From: Spongospora subterranea f. sp. subterranea
Lineage: Eukaryota
Reading direction: 5' to 3'
DNA: 64,000 bases
Assembly: GCA_049724395.1 (NCBI GenBank)
Contig: JAUGWO010000059.1
Coordinates: 186,001 to 250,000 of the forward strand
Below are positions 1-13,249 of this stretch, one piece after another. The first letter of the stretch is position 1; each line of letters starts with the position of its first letter. The position numbers and the translations under genes are program-made. The notes beneath the pieces are model-generated. The model ran no database searches, was not told the origin of the DNA, and was given only the letters and a program-made list of their open reading frames with translations.

Positions 1-2735
1 TTTCTGGAAGATAAATCAGCCGCTCGCTCTTCTCGTTCTAGCTGTCTCTCAGTAAAGCAGATATCACAGGGTGTAGCATCTCCAGAAACGACAGGGCAAT
101 TTTGGGGAAAAGCCGATCCTGAGATCGATTGAAGCAGCGAAAACGCTTCCCTCGGAATCAAACAGCGGTTCTACAGACATTCATGATTACATTAAAAAGA
201 CACTGAGATTGAGCCTTACCGCCTTCGCCAAAGAAAGGAACCCATGTGCGCAAAGCACACCGTCCAAAAGATTATCGATATGAGGAAGTGTAGAAGAGGA
301 CTTCAGCGATACATTTAATTGTCTATAGCATTGAGCGCTAACAACAGACCGTGAGTTGACCTCACAAGGTGAACTAGTACCAGTTACCTTATCCAGCACG
401 ATGACGAGTCAGCGTCGATTTGCCGCTGAGACGTTTGCAAAATCACACCAAGACTGGTTATGTAACGCAGCATCAGGCAACATTCACGACAAAGTTGCTG
501 GCGAGGAGAAACTATAATGGGAACACGAAGTGACCGTCTGATAACATCCCAGGCACCTAGGCTTATCCGAGACATGTTCCTGTAAGCGAACGACTTAACA
601 TCTGATTACTAGAAACGTCTGCTAAAACGCACCTGAACTGCATCGGATCTAGACCGCCGTGACAGCACAAGATTGACGAACAATCCAAAGGCTCTTCGGT
701 GACGTTGCGCGTCCAGTCACGCAACCATGCAAATGGCAACACGATCCCCGACAAATCACAGTCGCTATCAGGAACCGATATCAACGGTGAAACCAAACAT
801 GGCTCAGAAAAGATACTTGATACGTCGGACTTCCTGATCGCAATCAGTTTTTCCTAAGTTTGTTATGTAAGCTAATGTCCATTGGATATTGGGTACTACC
901 AGGACGTAAACACAGAGCCCGTACCACGTTTTCTAACTCGGCCCGAAATTGCTCTCTCTGGATGTCCATGTTGGAATTTTCTAGTAATATTTCGTTGCGA
1001 AGGTCTAAGGAAATCAGGCTGTCCGATGTTTGGCCCGCAAATTTCCGAGAGCAAGCTCTGTATCGACATCGCGCAGACCGTACACGACCATATATGCATC
1101 AGTGGATTCGACGGAGGGCAATGCAGCAATACTATCAGTAATAGGAACAGCCTGCGCAGAGATCAATTGGCAAAACGACAAACGCGAAGCGAAAGTCGTC
1201 GGACTTACCACATCGTCGTTGAATTGATGCTAAAAAAGATTGAGAACATGAAGATAATTTGCAGAAACGGCAACCAACCCATATATCATCACTAGAACGA
1301 ACATCAGCAATAAAATGTCCCGCTTCAGTGGAGACACCTCTATGGCACAGAATTGCCTTGACTTCATAAGGCATAGGGATCTAAACGAACATTGTCACAG
1401 AATATCGATAACCATGAAATCGTCTCCTACCTTCTCCTTCATGTCTGTGTATTGAGCCATATCAATAACTTTGGGAATAATAATTTTGTCAAATGTCTAC
1501 GAATAAATGAGTGCGGAGACCACAAAGGATCGAACAATGCTACTTTGCGTTTGCTAAAGGTTTCTTTGTCAAAAACGAAGCGAAGAAGATGCAGGTTTAA
1601 AGTTGGAGGGAGGCGAGTGAGCTTGAGCTCCCTGCGGGCTGAATTTTTGCAATTGCATACTGAACACAGGTACGCATTGCTGCCGGTCAAAATTTCAGCT
1701 CTAGTCAACTCCGCCAGACTAACAAGAAGGTCAGTGATCTATCAAATACAGAACCAGATTACAGCAACTGAACCTCAAAAAACTGACCTCTCTTCTAAAG
1801 TATCCCTGACGTTCAACTGAAGATCGGGGAAAGATTCAGTTCGTGAAGTGGTTTGTTGACAGGTATCGCACCGGGTAGTGAAAGTCATTTGCCCGTGAAA
1901 TTCGTCTTCGATCAACGTTGAGGAAGAAATTCGAGCCTACAGCCAAGGAATCAATGGATTGCGTGACAAACCCGGGCAGAATTACCTGGATGTGGGCAAG
2001 TAATAGCTTATTAAACTCATGAAGATCTTGTTGTGCCTCATTGTCAATGTTGAGAGAGTTAACAAAATCCGAAGGAGCAATTGAAGTGCAGATCGAGAGA
2101 GACATTTTCTGAGCGAAATAGGTCTTTAAATGAATCCAGTTGTCTCAAATTGATAATATACTAACGGCAAACAGCCTCTGCAGCTGAAAGATGATCGGGT
2201 CTGTAGCTTGCATGGACAGAATGTCACTGCGAAACCGTAGATTTGCATATAACGTCTGCAGTAATGAATTAATATAGCATGTGGCCCCCATGTTGTAGAG
2301 TCCAACGGGGAGATCGATGGGATCTCGAGCGGATAACTCCCGAATGGACGTTCTGAGTTTCGACACCTGAGCAATGGCTCTGATGAGCCCAATTACATGA
2401 ATGAGACGAAGGACCCTCTCTTCTACCTGTACTGTAGGTACATTAGCCCATATACCCCCTTGAATACCTCTTAACTCTTTGTTCCATATGCGGGACATGC
2501 AATTCGGCAGTTTGCAGGATTTATGTTTCGCGGGGGATACGATCAGATTGCATGACGGCTTGTCAAAGGAATAAGCACTGGACAATGGTGACGGTGTGAG
2601 TTGCATCACGGTAACATCATCTTCCACAATGATATCGTAGTCGGTGTCGGCACTGCTCACCACTTCAACGACATCGTTGCCGCCCTGGGGATCCTCCTCG
2701 GGATTTGCCGAAGGACTCAGGTTGGAATCGTTCAT
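1..2735 (-). CDS. USP48: Ubiquitin carboxyl-terminal hydrolase, USP48/UBP26-like (multi-exon, 3' end runs off the window)
   Basis: Cys box GLYNMGATCYINSLLQ; QQDLHEF motif; zinc finger YLCSVCNCK; His box ILCHRGVSTEAGHF; downstream DUSP-like WLRDW...ILCCHGGL segments; short GT-AG introns. Confidence 0.85.
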
Positions 2736-2957
2736 GGCACCATCAAGAGCAGCGTTTCGCCCAATGGTATGCGAACCTTCCAATGATGGGCTGGGCTCAA
2801 TCGAGCAGAGCCGGGAATATGATCGTTCAACAACGTGTCGGAAAATCACTACGGACCGGAGATTTATGCCGTTGAAAAAGCATCGGGATACTTTTGCACT
2901 GTAGCTTCTATTGAATGATACGATTATTTTGAGCACATCATTGCCTCAGAAGATTTA

Positions 2958-3542
2958 AAATCGGTGTGTTCGTTCATTGTCAACTTCCAGATATTTTCTG
3001 CATTGAGGTTTATGTGCTTTGAAGAACTTGAACCTCAAGGCTTTCACGAAAACTATGACGTCTTAGATTAAGGAACCCCTGAACCAAACTTTATTGTCTC
3101 ACGTCTAAACGTTGCCTAACTCCATGAGATTCGCTGTCAAGCATTGGGCGTTAACCATCAGAAGCAATAACTTAATGCTGTACTCGCCAGTAAGTCGCTC
3201 ATTACAATCTTCGGAGATGCAAATAATGGGACTCATTCCGTGGCTGTTGAAATCTGGTCCTTTATCGATTAAAACCGTTGCGCGTAAGAAACACGCTGGA
3301 GATTTACTGGCGAGTGCAGCATTAAGTTATTGCTTATGATGGTTTATGTCCAATGCTTGACAGCGAATCTCATGGAGTTAGGCAACGTTTCGACGTGAGA
3401 CTATAATGTTTCGTTCAGGGGTTCCTTGATAATCTAAGACTTCATATTTTTCGTGGAAGTCTTGAAGTTCAAGTTCTTCAAAACACATAAACCTCAATGC
3501 ACAAAATATCTGGAAGTTGACAATGAATGAACACACCGATTT
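2958..3542. repeat. Long inverted repeat / fold-back (arms 2958-3196 and 3301-3542, ~105 nt loop)
   Basis: Arms are reverse complements by eye, e.g. gttgcctaactccatgagattcgctgtcaagcattgg vs ccaatgcttgacagcgaatctcatggagttaggcaac; about 18 mismatches plus a 3-nt indel. Confidence 0.95.
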
Positions 3543-4134
3543 CAGAGCGACCAGTGCGGCTTTATTTGTTAGTAGTTGTTATTCAAACCCTCATCGTCGA
3601 ACGAAGACCGAATCGCTACTGTTAATTGAAGCTCCATCCCGAAATTGCAATGGTGGCAAGTACGTCAATTGCTGATCTGGTTGGATTTAAAGAGCATAAT
3701 CAAGGGCTGTTTCTGCCATTGTCGACATCGGACAATTGTTTGCCGTTCATTGAAACAATCCACATACCGGTCGTTGTCTCCTGCCATTTTGTAATTGAGG
3801 CAAACGCCTTTCCATGTGACTGTTGAATCGCCGCCATTACAGCAATCAGTCCCTTTTGAGACACATTAATCTCGCTGCGTATTACATTGATCTCGCTGCG
3901 TATTACGTCCTTGATTGGCTTCAGCCATGAATCAGAACCACGACGTTGGGGACGCGGCGGGTCCAGCGACGCCTGCCGTCGTCGCCTTTTTCTCGAAAGT
4001 ATGTCCATATCGAGTGCATGCGACCTTTCGCCGTATTGATGCTCGCCGTTCTCGCCCATCGTCTTTCGTCCTCCTATAAGGACTCCGAGGAGGACTTTTA
4101 CAGCAGTGACAACCGCCTCCAGGAAAACCACTCG

Positions 4135-4800
4135 ATGAGCGACAGGTGAAAAGATTTCGTTGTAATCGACTCCTGGACGCTGTGAGAATCCTTTAACTAC
4201 AAGTTTAACCTTGAATTTATCAACTGTGCCATCCTCCTTCGGCTTTACCTTAAAGACTCATTTGTTATCGATAGCGCGACGACCTTCTGGTTGCTGGCAG
4301 AGTTCCCAGGTCTCATTCTGCACTAACCCTTTGTATTCTTTGTCAATCGCGGTCTTCCATTGATGTCAAAAAGGGATTGTTTGACTTCGTTGCCTGAGAG
4401 AGAGTTAAAGGGACAGCAATCCGGCCTTTTCGGGGATCCCTGAGCGGGACTCAATCATTGCAACACGCCGCCACAGTGGTGCGACGATCTCGAACTGATT
4501 GCGAGCTTAACTTGCAGGATAGCGGATCATGGTGTTCTGATGATGCGGAGGCTCAGACTCTACATACGCTTCTGACATGGGAATAACATTCTGTGGCGAA
4601 TGGTCATACTCTGAGATCGGTTTGGATTGGAAGGTCTTCACTTGATGACGATAAGTCTGATGAACATGCATTTGATGACTCGACGATGCTTTCGTCGAAG
4701 AAAACAGTTTCATCATTGGCATCTACTGGTGGCCTTCATTCAGGAAACTTTAATTCATTGAAGTTGACATCTGTGTGTACGATTTCGATCGTTCGTCCCG
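4135..4800 (-). mobile_element. Ty1/Copia pol remnant (N-terminal reverse transcriptase), degraded
   Basis: Minus-strand translation WKTAIDKEYKGLVQNETWELCQQPEGRRAIDNK*VFKVKPKEDGTVDKFKVKLVVKGFSQRPGVDYNEIFSPV with an in-frame stop. Confidence 0.85.
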
Positions 4801-6849
4801 ACGGCGTCTTTAGCTAGACGCGTCCCGACGCGTGCATTTAGTATGTCAGCTTCGGATACCGAGGCTCCATTAAGGACCTGACTATTCTTGATATTTCACC
4901 CTTGATAGCTAGCATTCATCGTATTGATTGCCGTTGATCACTTACGGTTTACATTGAAGGTTACCCTGCACGATGCTACCTATCAAGGTAATGGTTGACA
5001 ACATCCTGTTGCTCAAAACACTTCACCATTCAGAGTTTCTGAATGCGAACGAGAAGGTTGCTTAACAACGTGGATGGAATCGGCTGGCCCTGGATTTCAA
5101 CGCTGGGCCTAGGGCCCAACGTTGTGGTTGAAAACATCAAAATGAGAGTATCACAAGGTTCAAAGGGTGTTTCGACATATCTCCAAATATGGAAAGAACT
5201 TGTACAGGAAACTGTACTGGGACAGTTTAGTTTCCCGCTTCGGAGGGGTTGGGCATCAACCGCTTCATTCACAGGCTGTTGAACATAACATGGAAGATTC
5301 AGATGAATGCTCCAGCTTCGACGAGATGGTTCGCAAAATCAACACAAAGTCCAAACCTTGGTCGGGGGTCGGTAATTACCGCCCAGGTCGGCAACGAACC
5401 AGGAAGCTGCTACATCAATGGGGACCGAATATAAGGAGGGCCTGATTGAATTGGGCAGAACTGTCCCACTCCCCCTCAACGTTGAGCCCCTAGGCCCAGC
5501 CGATTCCATCCCCGTCGCTAAGCCACCTTCTCCTTCGCGTGACAGAAATTCCAAAACGGTGAAATGTTTTGAGCGACAGGATGTGGTAAATCACTGCACT
5601 GTTCCATTGACGTGTCCGGATTACATTTTACACGAATCTGGGCGTCCAGCCTCGTTTTGTCTTGCCATCCGGCGCGCGCTGAGAGTCGAAGACGGAGGAG
5701 TACCGACGCGGTGATGCCGTTTGCCCAACCTACCGACTCCCTTGACACCCCAGACCTTGTCACCTGTCAAGTGGTATCTGCCAATTGCCACCGCTTGAGA
5801 GCACGATTCCGTAATGTGGGAGGTCGACGATGGCTTGGACTTACAAACGACATGTGGACTTCCGTTGCGTTCGGACGGGTCATGTACCCTCATAACCGGG
5901 GAGCGGTTGCCTGATCACCTGATCTGCTTTGCATGGATTCGTGCTGCAGACAAATTTAAGCAATTATAGCAGATCATGCGACGACCGATCGCGCTATGAT
6001 CAACAGCATCAACAGCAAGCTTCAGAATGTAGTAAACGAATTACACAGGTGAGCGGATAGCAGACTTTGTTGATAAAACGCCTGAAATTCGGCAATGCTC
6101 GTTATGTTGTTTCTTTTACGATGTCTCGCCCATGTGCAGCAGCTCGCCGTCAAGGAGGGGCTCGGACAGCGCCCTCCCGGTCGACATCGCAGTCAAAATT
6201 GTTGATTCTCCTAACGCTCTTTGAGGTTCTGCAAGGCGGCATTCGCCTTACTCTCACGGTTCTGACGAAGGTTCCGGAAACTGATTGCGAAACCAGGTGG
6301 AACGTTACCTGGGGCAGGATTCACAGCGTCCGGCAAATGCAGAAACCTCTAGAAGAGCTTCGTCGACACATCAGAGATCGCCATGATGGACATACGAGGT
6401 TTCAGTATCTCGCCAGCTGATGAATTTGCGAAGGCGGTACCAGCCGAGACATTGGAGGGCACTGCTTGATTTTCGCCACGTAACCCCCCATTCCGAAAGA
6501 GTGACCGTGCTGATATCGCCTTCTGAGAATCCAACGGTTTGGGGATGGTTGTCCCGGTAATTAACCTGGTTTCGGAACACGCTACGATTGCAACTGTGAC
6601 TGCATCAGTGGACTTCAAAATAATTGGCAAATTTATCGGAAAGGGTAATCGGTATCAAAGTTGAATAACCGCAACTTTTGAAAACCGATTTTCCCGATCT
6701 CGACTGCGACCGCATCGAAAGGGAATTATTGTCATGGTCGCATCCCGTCGTCCATCGGAAGATGTCGGTAAGCGGCGCCGCACGAGTAACAAGGAATACC
6801 TATCAATGGTGACCTTTCTGGAGGGCTGCTGATAATTTGCTTTGATTGA

Positions 6850-7620
6850 AGGCAAAGCGGCGTCAAAGAAAATGTGTCTTGGAAATTTGTTGACAGAGGT
6901 CGAGTCCCAGACTGATGTGTCGTGAACAGAGCCTGGCCAACCCGATATAACGTATCGGATTTGGCGGTCGTGATTGAACGTCAGCAAGACGTTCATGAAT
7001 ATTGACATTTTCGGTTGTGGTAGACTTCGCCATCAAGTCCCGGCTTTCGGTTCAGGGACTACATGAGTTCCGTCTGTAGATAAAAGACAGCCTTCGGACC
7101 CATATTCGGAATGGTTGAAAGCGCTAAGACGATGCCGTTCGGCACTGTCCGGCCACCGAATATTGTTTGTTTATAATGATTTCTCAATCACAATTTACAC
7201 GTTTGGTATATATGGTGATTGAACCATACGAAACGCCTTTCGTTCGAGAAATTTTCCCTATGGATGCACCGTTCCCGAAGTGACCTAGCCCTATCTAATG
7301 CACACGCTAGCTGAATCCAAACTTCTCTCTGAGGATATCGTCGTTGATTGTGAAAAACAGGATCCCTTAGTCGCATTTGACTGCATTGGTACCTCCTATC
7401 TCCTTCAAAATAAAGCAAAATGTTTGTTGGCTCACTCTCATCTTCTGAACAAACTTGTCAACCTCAAGATGAGGCAAAAGACTTGAAGCGATCCCAATTG
7501 TTTCATCAATTGACGCCGAGAGTCCAAAAAATCGATTGGACATTATGGATGCCACCATCAACTCATTGATTGCTTTGCTAAGTCTTTTTCTAAATGTGCG
7601 ACCACATCCGGTCAACTGTA
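6850..7620 (-). pseudogene. PIF/Harbinger (HARBI1-like) DDE transposase fragment
   Basis: STDGTHVVLNRKPGLDGEVYHNRK and IRYVISGWPGSVHDTSVW motifs; frameshifted and truncated before the second Asp. Confidence 0.8.
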
Positions 7621-8599
7621 TGGCCAGAAGAAAGACGAATGACGCCGTCGATATCTCTCAACAAACAAGCACGTTCAACAAACCGCCCCATTTGAAATTA
7701 ACTGGTTAAGTTTGACACCCCTTGAATTTTCGCACGACAAAACTGGTACGAGAGCAAAGGGTTTGTCCAACTTTGCCGATGGACCTCCGGAAAGTCGTTC
7801 GGCTCATTTTCCTAGAAAGAGGTTATTACCTACTGGTATTCGGACTGGCCAGGGGCAGAACTGGTTAAGGGCCTGCCTTGACTCCATTCTAATGGAATTT
7901 GTCTCTGTTGAATGATGTCAACACGATAAGGCCCTTACAGACCATCTGAATGACGCCAACATGTTGAAGTTCAACTTAGAACAGTTTGGTGAAAGTAAAC
8001 TTTTTAAGTACAATTATATCTCTGGGCGAAAGTTCAGCACCAAACGGCGACTTGGATTTCAAATCGCGAATAATTTATTCACACATTACGCGACGTATAA
8101 ATTAGAGACCACTAAAACTAGCTGGATCACTGGAGAGCAAATACGTATGATCAGAACTTGCCAAACTGAAAAAACATTTCGGTCAACTATGCTCGAATTC
8201 ATAGAAGTCTTTCGAAATCTGGATACTTTAGAAAGTAATCAGGTCACAATGCAGATACGAATTTGCCGATCGCAATTGGCTGATCGAAAAGACTGAAACA
8301 GTGGACCAGGTTTGGTACTCACTTGATAATTCAGGATTGGCCCATGAGAAATGGAATATTATTCGAAATAACGTTGAACCGTTATTGAAATATTACAATG
8401 TTCAGATAAGAGCCAAAAAGGCTGTACCACAATGGATGTTTTGAATGTAGCAGTAAAAAGCATTGTCGGGCCAGACAACTGAATCAGATATAGGCGCCGG
8501 CACTTATGTCTCGATTTGTACCCAGAGGAATAGACTCAATTATGTGTCTGACCTGGTCGGTTTCGCGATAAGTGCTCAGAGTAATTGACACAAACCTCA

Positions 8600-10250
8600 A
8601 TGAGCGAAGCTGAAACAATGGAGGTGATCGTTGGCGCATTTATTGAGAACAAAATCTAATTCGGTAGGTGTGCCGTTTATCAATTCACCACGTCTCCGCC
8701 ATTCGTCAAATGGTCAGGATTTTGAGAATTTTTCGCTTCTGTGGATAGCTAATTCGAATTTTGCTACAACAGCAGAGTAAGAGCAATCATCACACAAACC
8801 ACTCAAAAAAACACAGCACTGAATCATACCCATCCTCCCACAATGTCGTCAATTTCCTCACAAATTTCCTCAAGTTGCCCAGACGGTTCCACGTGGGCAC
8901 TTTCATGTGTGCATAGCCTTGCTTGATCATTTCTTTCCAGTAAGGGTCCGTTTCCTTCAAGTTAGAGCCTCTTTGCGCCAAGTAATGTTTCCTATAAAAG
9001 CGAAATAAAATAGACGTAGATAGTACATAAGGAACCTTTACCTGAAATTCTTATAGGCCGACAAACAGGTGTCGTAATTGCATTTCCGTTTTGAATATTT
9101 TTGAAAATAACGAATATTGATAACCGCATTGAATAACATTCCGCTTTCAACATTGGTCGCCAACAAATGATCACTGTGAAAATTGATACATAAATACTGG
9201 GGTGTAATGGACAGGACGATCATTCGAGTTGACCACCTTGACTTCTTTGCATCAACTGACATCAAAATCGAATCAATAAACTGCCAGTGATTATTCCCCA
9301 AAATGTGTCACTACGAAGATCAAGGTAGTCAAAGAACACAGTCAGGAGTTGGAACCTGGCCAACGCTATTTAGCGTATCATGGCGATAATTAGATTGGAT
9401 AGTGGGGGAATACCAATCCGACATCGTAAATGATTTGCGTTTTCGATCATTCAGGGTCCTGATAATAAGCAAATATACTGAGTTCACATATACCGCTTCA
9501 GGTCCGTCATTACCATTGCGAACACGAAAATTCGATCGCTAGTTTCTCAGCACGATCAATGGTCTCATCATTGGCCATGCGAGAGATTCCGTCTGTAGGT
9601 TTGCGGACGATAAATGAAATAAGCTTCTGCATCAAAAGGTCACGCCTGGGAAATTCAGTTAACCGTCAATTTCAGATATGGAATGGGACATGAGTGGTTC
9701 TGCCGCCTCAGAAACTCGTACCGAAGCGAAAGAATTATATCTCTTGATTGTTGAATTTCCTTCCCCACCAATTCAACCAAATCTTGATTGAGACCGATAC
9801 GGTTTTTGTCGGTTTTGTCAAGATAAAGATCAAGGCCGCTGAGGAACGACGAGAAAATATCGTCCCTAGGTGCAAACTTAGCGGCTGATGACGATAAAGA
9901 GAGTCACAACGTATACCAATCCGATTCCGTCAAATATTTCGCATCACCAATGATCCTGAAAATGACAGCATGAAATGTGGCCCGCGACCCCGTTTATTGC
10001 AGCAATTACCATTTCAAATTCATCGCTTGTGCCCAGGGAAAACCAACAGAATTGGAATCGATCATGGAAATGAGTTGAGACAAGATGGAATCGGGCCTGG
10101 GACAAATATTCAGTTAAACAGCTAACCCTCAGATGCGGAATGATTCTTGAATTATTTGGCAGTTCTTTCCTACCGACTATTGTGATCCAACAACGCACAT
10201 TGCTCTGCTTGGTTTATCTCATTCTGGACAATGTTAACCATATCGGGATC
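8600..10250 (-). CDS. Hypothetical multi-exon protein (possibly the 3' continuation of the repeat gene at 10400-12998)
   Basis: Series of short minus-strand open frames (e.g. NHWQFIDSILMSVDAKK, KETDPYWKEMIKQGYAHMKVPTWNRLG) separated by intron-sized gaps; no recognisable family. Confidence 0.35.
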
Positions 10251-10399
10251 CCCCAAAAAATCCGCAATCGCATCGGGAAACCATTCACTGGTTGACACTA
10301 AACGCTAAAACCGAACATAGAATGTGACAATTAGAAAAAAACTGACTTTAATGTGGTTCTGATCTGGTCATACACATGATTCCCCCAATTTATTGGGTC

Positions 10400-12998
10400 A
10401 CACTCTTGGTCAACTTCATACAACTCAAGACCGTAACAATGACCGCTGTGGAAGAACAGACATGAACCGGTGAAGAAAACGAGAACCTCAAATCAGATTA
10501 CTCAATGCCGGTACTCTGTATGGCGTTGATCAACAGTCCTGCATCGTAGGGGACCTTGCTATCAACATGATATCAAACACAGATGATCATCAAGGCGGCA
10601 ATTAACATTGACGAACAAAATTTGACACAAGTCTTTCAGGGCTTCGGCAACCGCATTAGATTGCAAATTGATGAACAAATAATGACAACATAGGGCGTTG
10701 TCAGCCGGATCAGACTGCATTTGGATCAAGGTTTGGCTGTCAGAAAGTTTGCTATGGACAGGGAATCAGATACTGATTGTTATCATGACGGGGATTGGCA
10801 ATTCCGTACAATATCGGATAGAGGTTCTCAAGGGCTCCCACCAATTCAGCAGATTTGCGAAACTCACCAGGCGGAAGGTTTCTGAGAACAGATAGCACAG
10901 AATAATCAAACAAAGATGTGCTGACCAATCGCGAACAATATCCGATACCGAATTTTACGGGATATTGAATCATCCCCAGATTTGAGCAATGTTCTCAAAA
11001 GAGGCAAAACAGGGGCAGGTGGGTTCCTGTGGATAGAATTTCAAATGCTGATCAGAAGACGGTTACAAATTTCGTACAAAATTTGAAAAAACAATTCTTC
11101 AAGGTTTGTCGAGTCTTTATCACATCCGGCCATTTTCCATACATCACGTGCAATATTTGGAAGAAAGTTGCTATAGAACAGAAATAAGAACATATAATGA
11201 CCATAACGCGGCTGGAAGATCTTGTACAAAACGTGAAACAGCACTTCAGGAGATTTCAGATCGCATCCAGCATTGATCAACCTGATGAGAACTCGGGCTG
11301 CGTTGGGATCATCATTGCTATGGATCAACAATCAGATAAAGAATTCAATCAACACGATGCAATCGATCACGAACAAGAACCTAAACAGATTTTTGAGGGC
11401 TCCAACGCCTTGTTGAGGATTTAGAACCAGATTTACAATGCGCATATTAAAGGAAGAATGTTCACTTTTGAAAACAAAATGAGTTGATGATTATGATCAA
11501 GAGAAAGGTAACAATTTGATACAAAAGCGATAGCAGCTTTGAAAGTGGTCCAGCATCGGCACCAGATTCGACCAACTTGTTCAAATGATGTGCAAAATTG
11601 CCAGGAAGACGGCTATTAGAGGAATTACAAAAATGCTGATGACCATGAGGGAAAAAACGATTCATTACAAGAGGGAAAATAGGGCTTTCAAGGAATCAAC
11701 ATTGGCACCAGATCTCAGCAAATTTGGAACAAGGGGCGGATTAGTGTGAGAGGAGGACCTATGCACGATTAGATGATGACTGATTGACGCAGCTGAACCA
11801 TTTCGTATACACGAGGGAAATCAGCTCTTGACGGGCTTCTTTATTCGACACAGATTGCAGCACCGATTTCACACGGGCTGCATTGTCGGAAGGACAAACC
11901 CTGTGGACAGGAAATATGTTAGTGATTCTAACAACGAAAGGTCTTAACGATCCCGTACATCAGTGAACACAGGCCTTCAAGTGCTTCCCCATCCGCACCG
12001 GATTCGAGAAACTTTTTTGCAAGAAGCAAAACGTTAGAAGGATGGTCACTATGTAGAATCAATTTCAAAATAACTATGAACACGACAGAGCTGATCGATA
12101 TCGTACAAGACTGAAAGCAGGTCTTGAAGTGCTTCCGCATCTGCACCAGACTCAATCAATTTCTGTCCAAGATGTGCAAGATGCTCAGGAAGGTCTCTAT
12201 TAACAGGAAAAAAGGTGATTACTATAATCCTGAGGAAACAAAACCATCCCGTACAGGTCTGAAAACAGCCCTTGATGGGTTCCCACCATGGCATAACAAT
12301 CGATCATCTCTTTGGCCTTTCGCGCATTATCTGAAGGGCGTTCACTATGGAACAGGAGTTGAGATGTTGATAACGGTCATAATCAAGATCAACGATCCCG
12401 TACAAAATTGACATCACGTTGGGAAGTGCTTCGACGGGATTGCGTAAAAACACTGTGGCGGCACTGGACAAACTGCATTTCAGAACACGACAAACCGAAA
12501 TTTCGATAACAAACCGACAGAAGATCCTTAAACAATTTTGTAACAAGAGAAACCGTCCTCGCTGTCCGCTCGGACTGTGTCCCGCCATTGGACCTGATTC
12601 CATTTACCAACTCGTCAAAGTGCCTATTGATCAACCGGAGCAAGTAAACGCTGTGATGACCAGATATGAATGGGCGGGTACACCAAGGGCCGGCACTGTC
12701 AACTCACTAAATGTCAATAGGTCCTGAAGAATCAGACACACTATCGCTTTCGACAGGAAGCTCGACACCGTGTCGGAACTGATCGTTATCGCATAACAAA
12801 GGAAGTATTTCATTGATGACTCTCGTCACCGCATCATATTCTCGCTCTCTAGATATTAACACTTCCTCACTGGAAAATGATACAATGGTCAGATAACGAT
12901 TTGTGTCGTTGAGAATATGACCCTGTTTGTTACCTATTGGATGAACCAGATACCAGGAAAACCAAGAACGCAACTGCAATAATGAACAACGTCGCCAT
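10400..12998 (-). CDS. Putative secreted protein of tandem ~33-aa helical repeats, one repeat per exon; may be partly pseudogenised
   Basis: ATG at 12998 gives MATLFIIAVAFLVFLVSGSSN (signal-peptide-like), then a GT-AG intron; about 10 exons at ~150 bp period ending in L(F/L)xxLY(G/D/E/Q/K)I. Confidence 0.7.
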
Positions 12999-13249
12999 GT
13001 ATTTAACACATCATTATGGAAATGGCGTTTGTAAATCGCGTAAGTTGTTTGCGGACTTGTATGTTTACTGACAATACAGTGACCGGCGGGTTGGATGAAC
13101 TGGATGTTAGTCCGTGAGTTGGGTCAGATGACCTCTCTTGTATATCTCTGCCCCTCCTCGATGTACCTCACGGAGTGCACGTCTGGCAACCACGGCATTA
13201 CCCAAAACTCCATAATCAGGCCGTTAATGTCATTTCGCAAATGTCCGTC

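Noticed and set aside
3700..4131. 143-aa ORF with a 21-bp tandem duplication (VIRSEIN x2)
   Set aside because: No recognisable domain; begins inside the Copia remnant and is probably chimeric debris
4950..6650. Many overlapping short ORFs on both strands
   Set aside because: No family motif or consistent exon structure could be supported
10790..12460. ~150-bp periodicity as a possible CRISPR-like or satellite array
   Set aside because: No conserved nucleotide repeat; the periodicity is at protein/exon level in a eukaryotic gene
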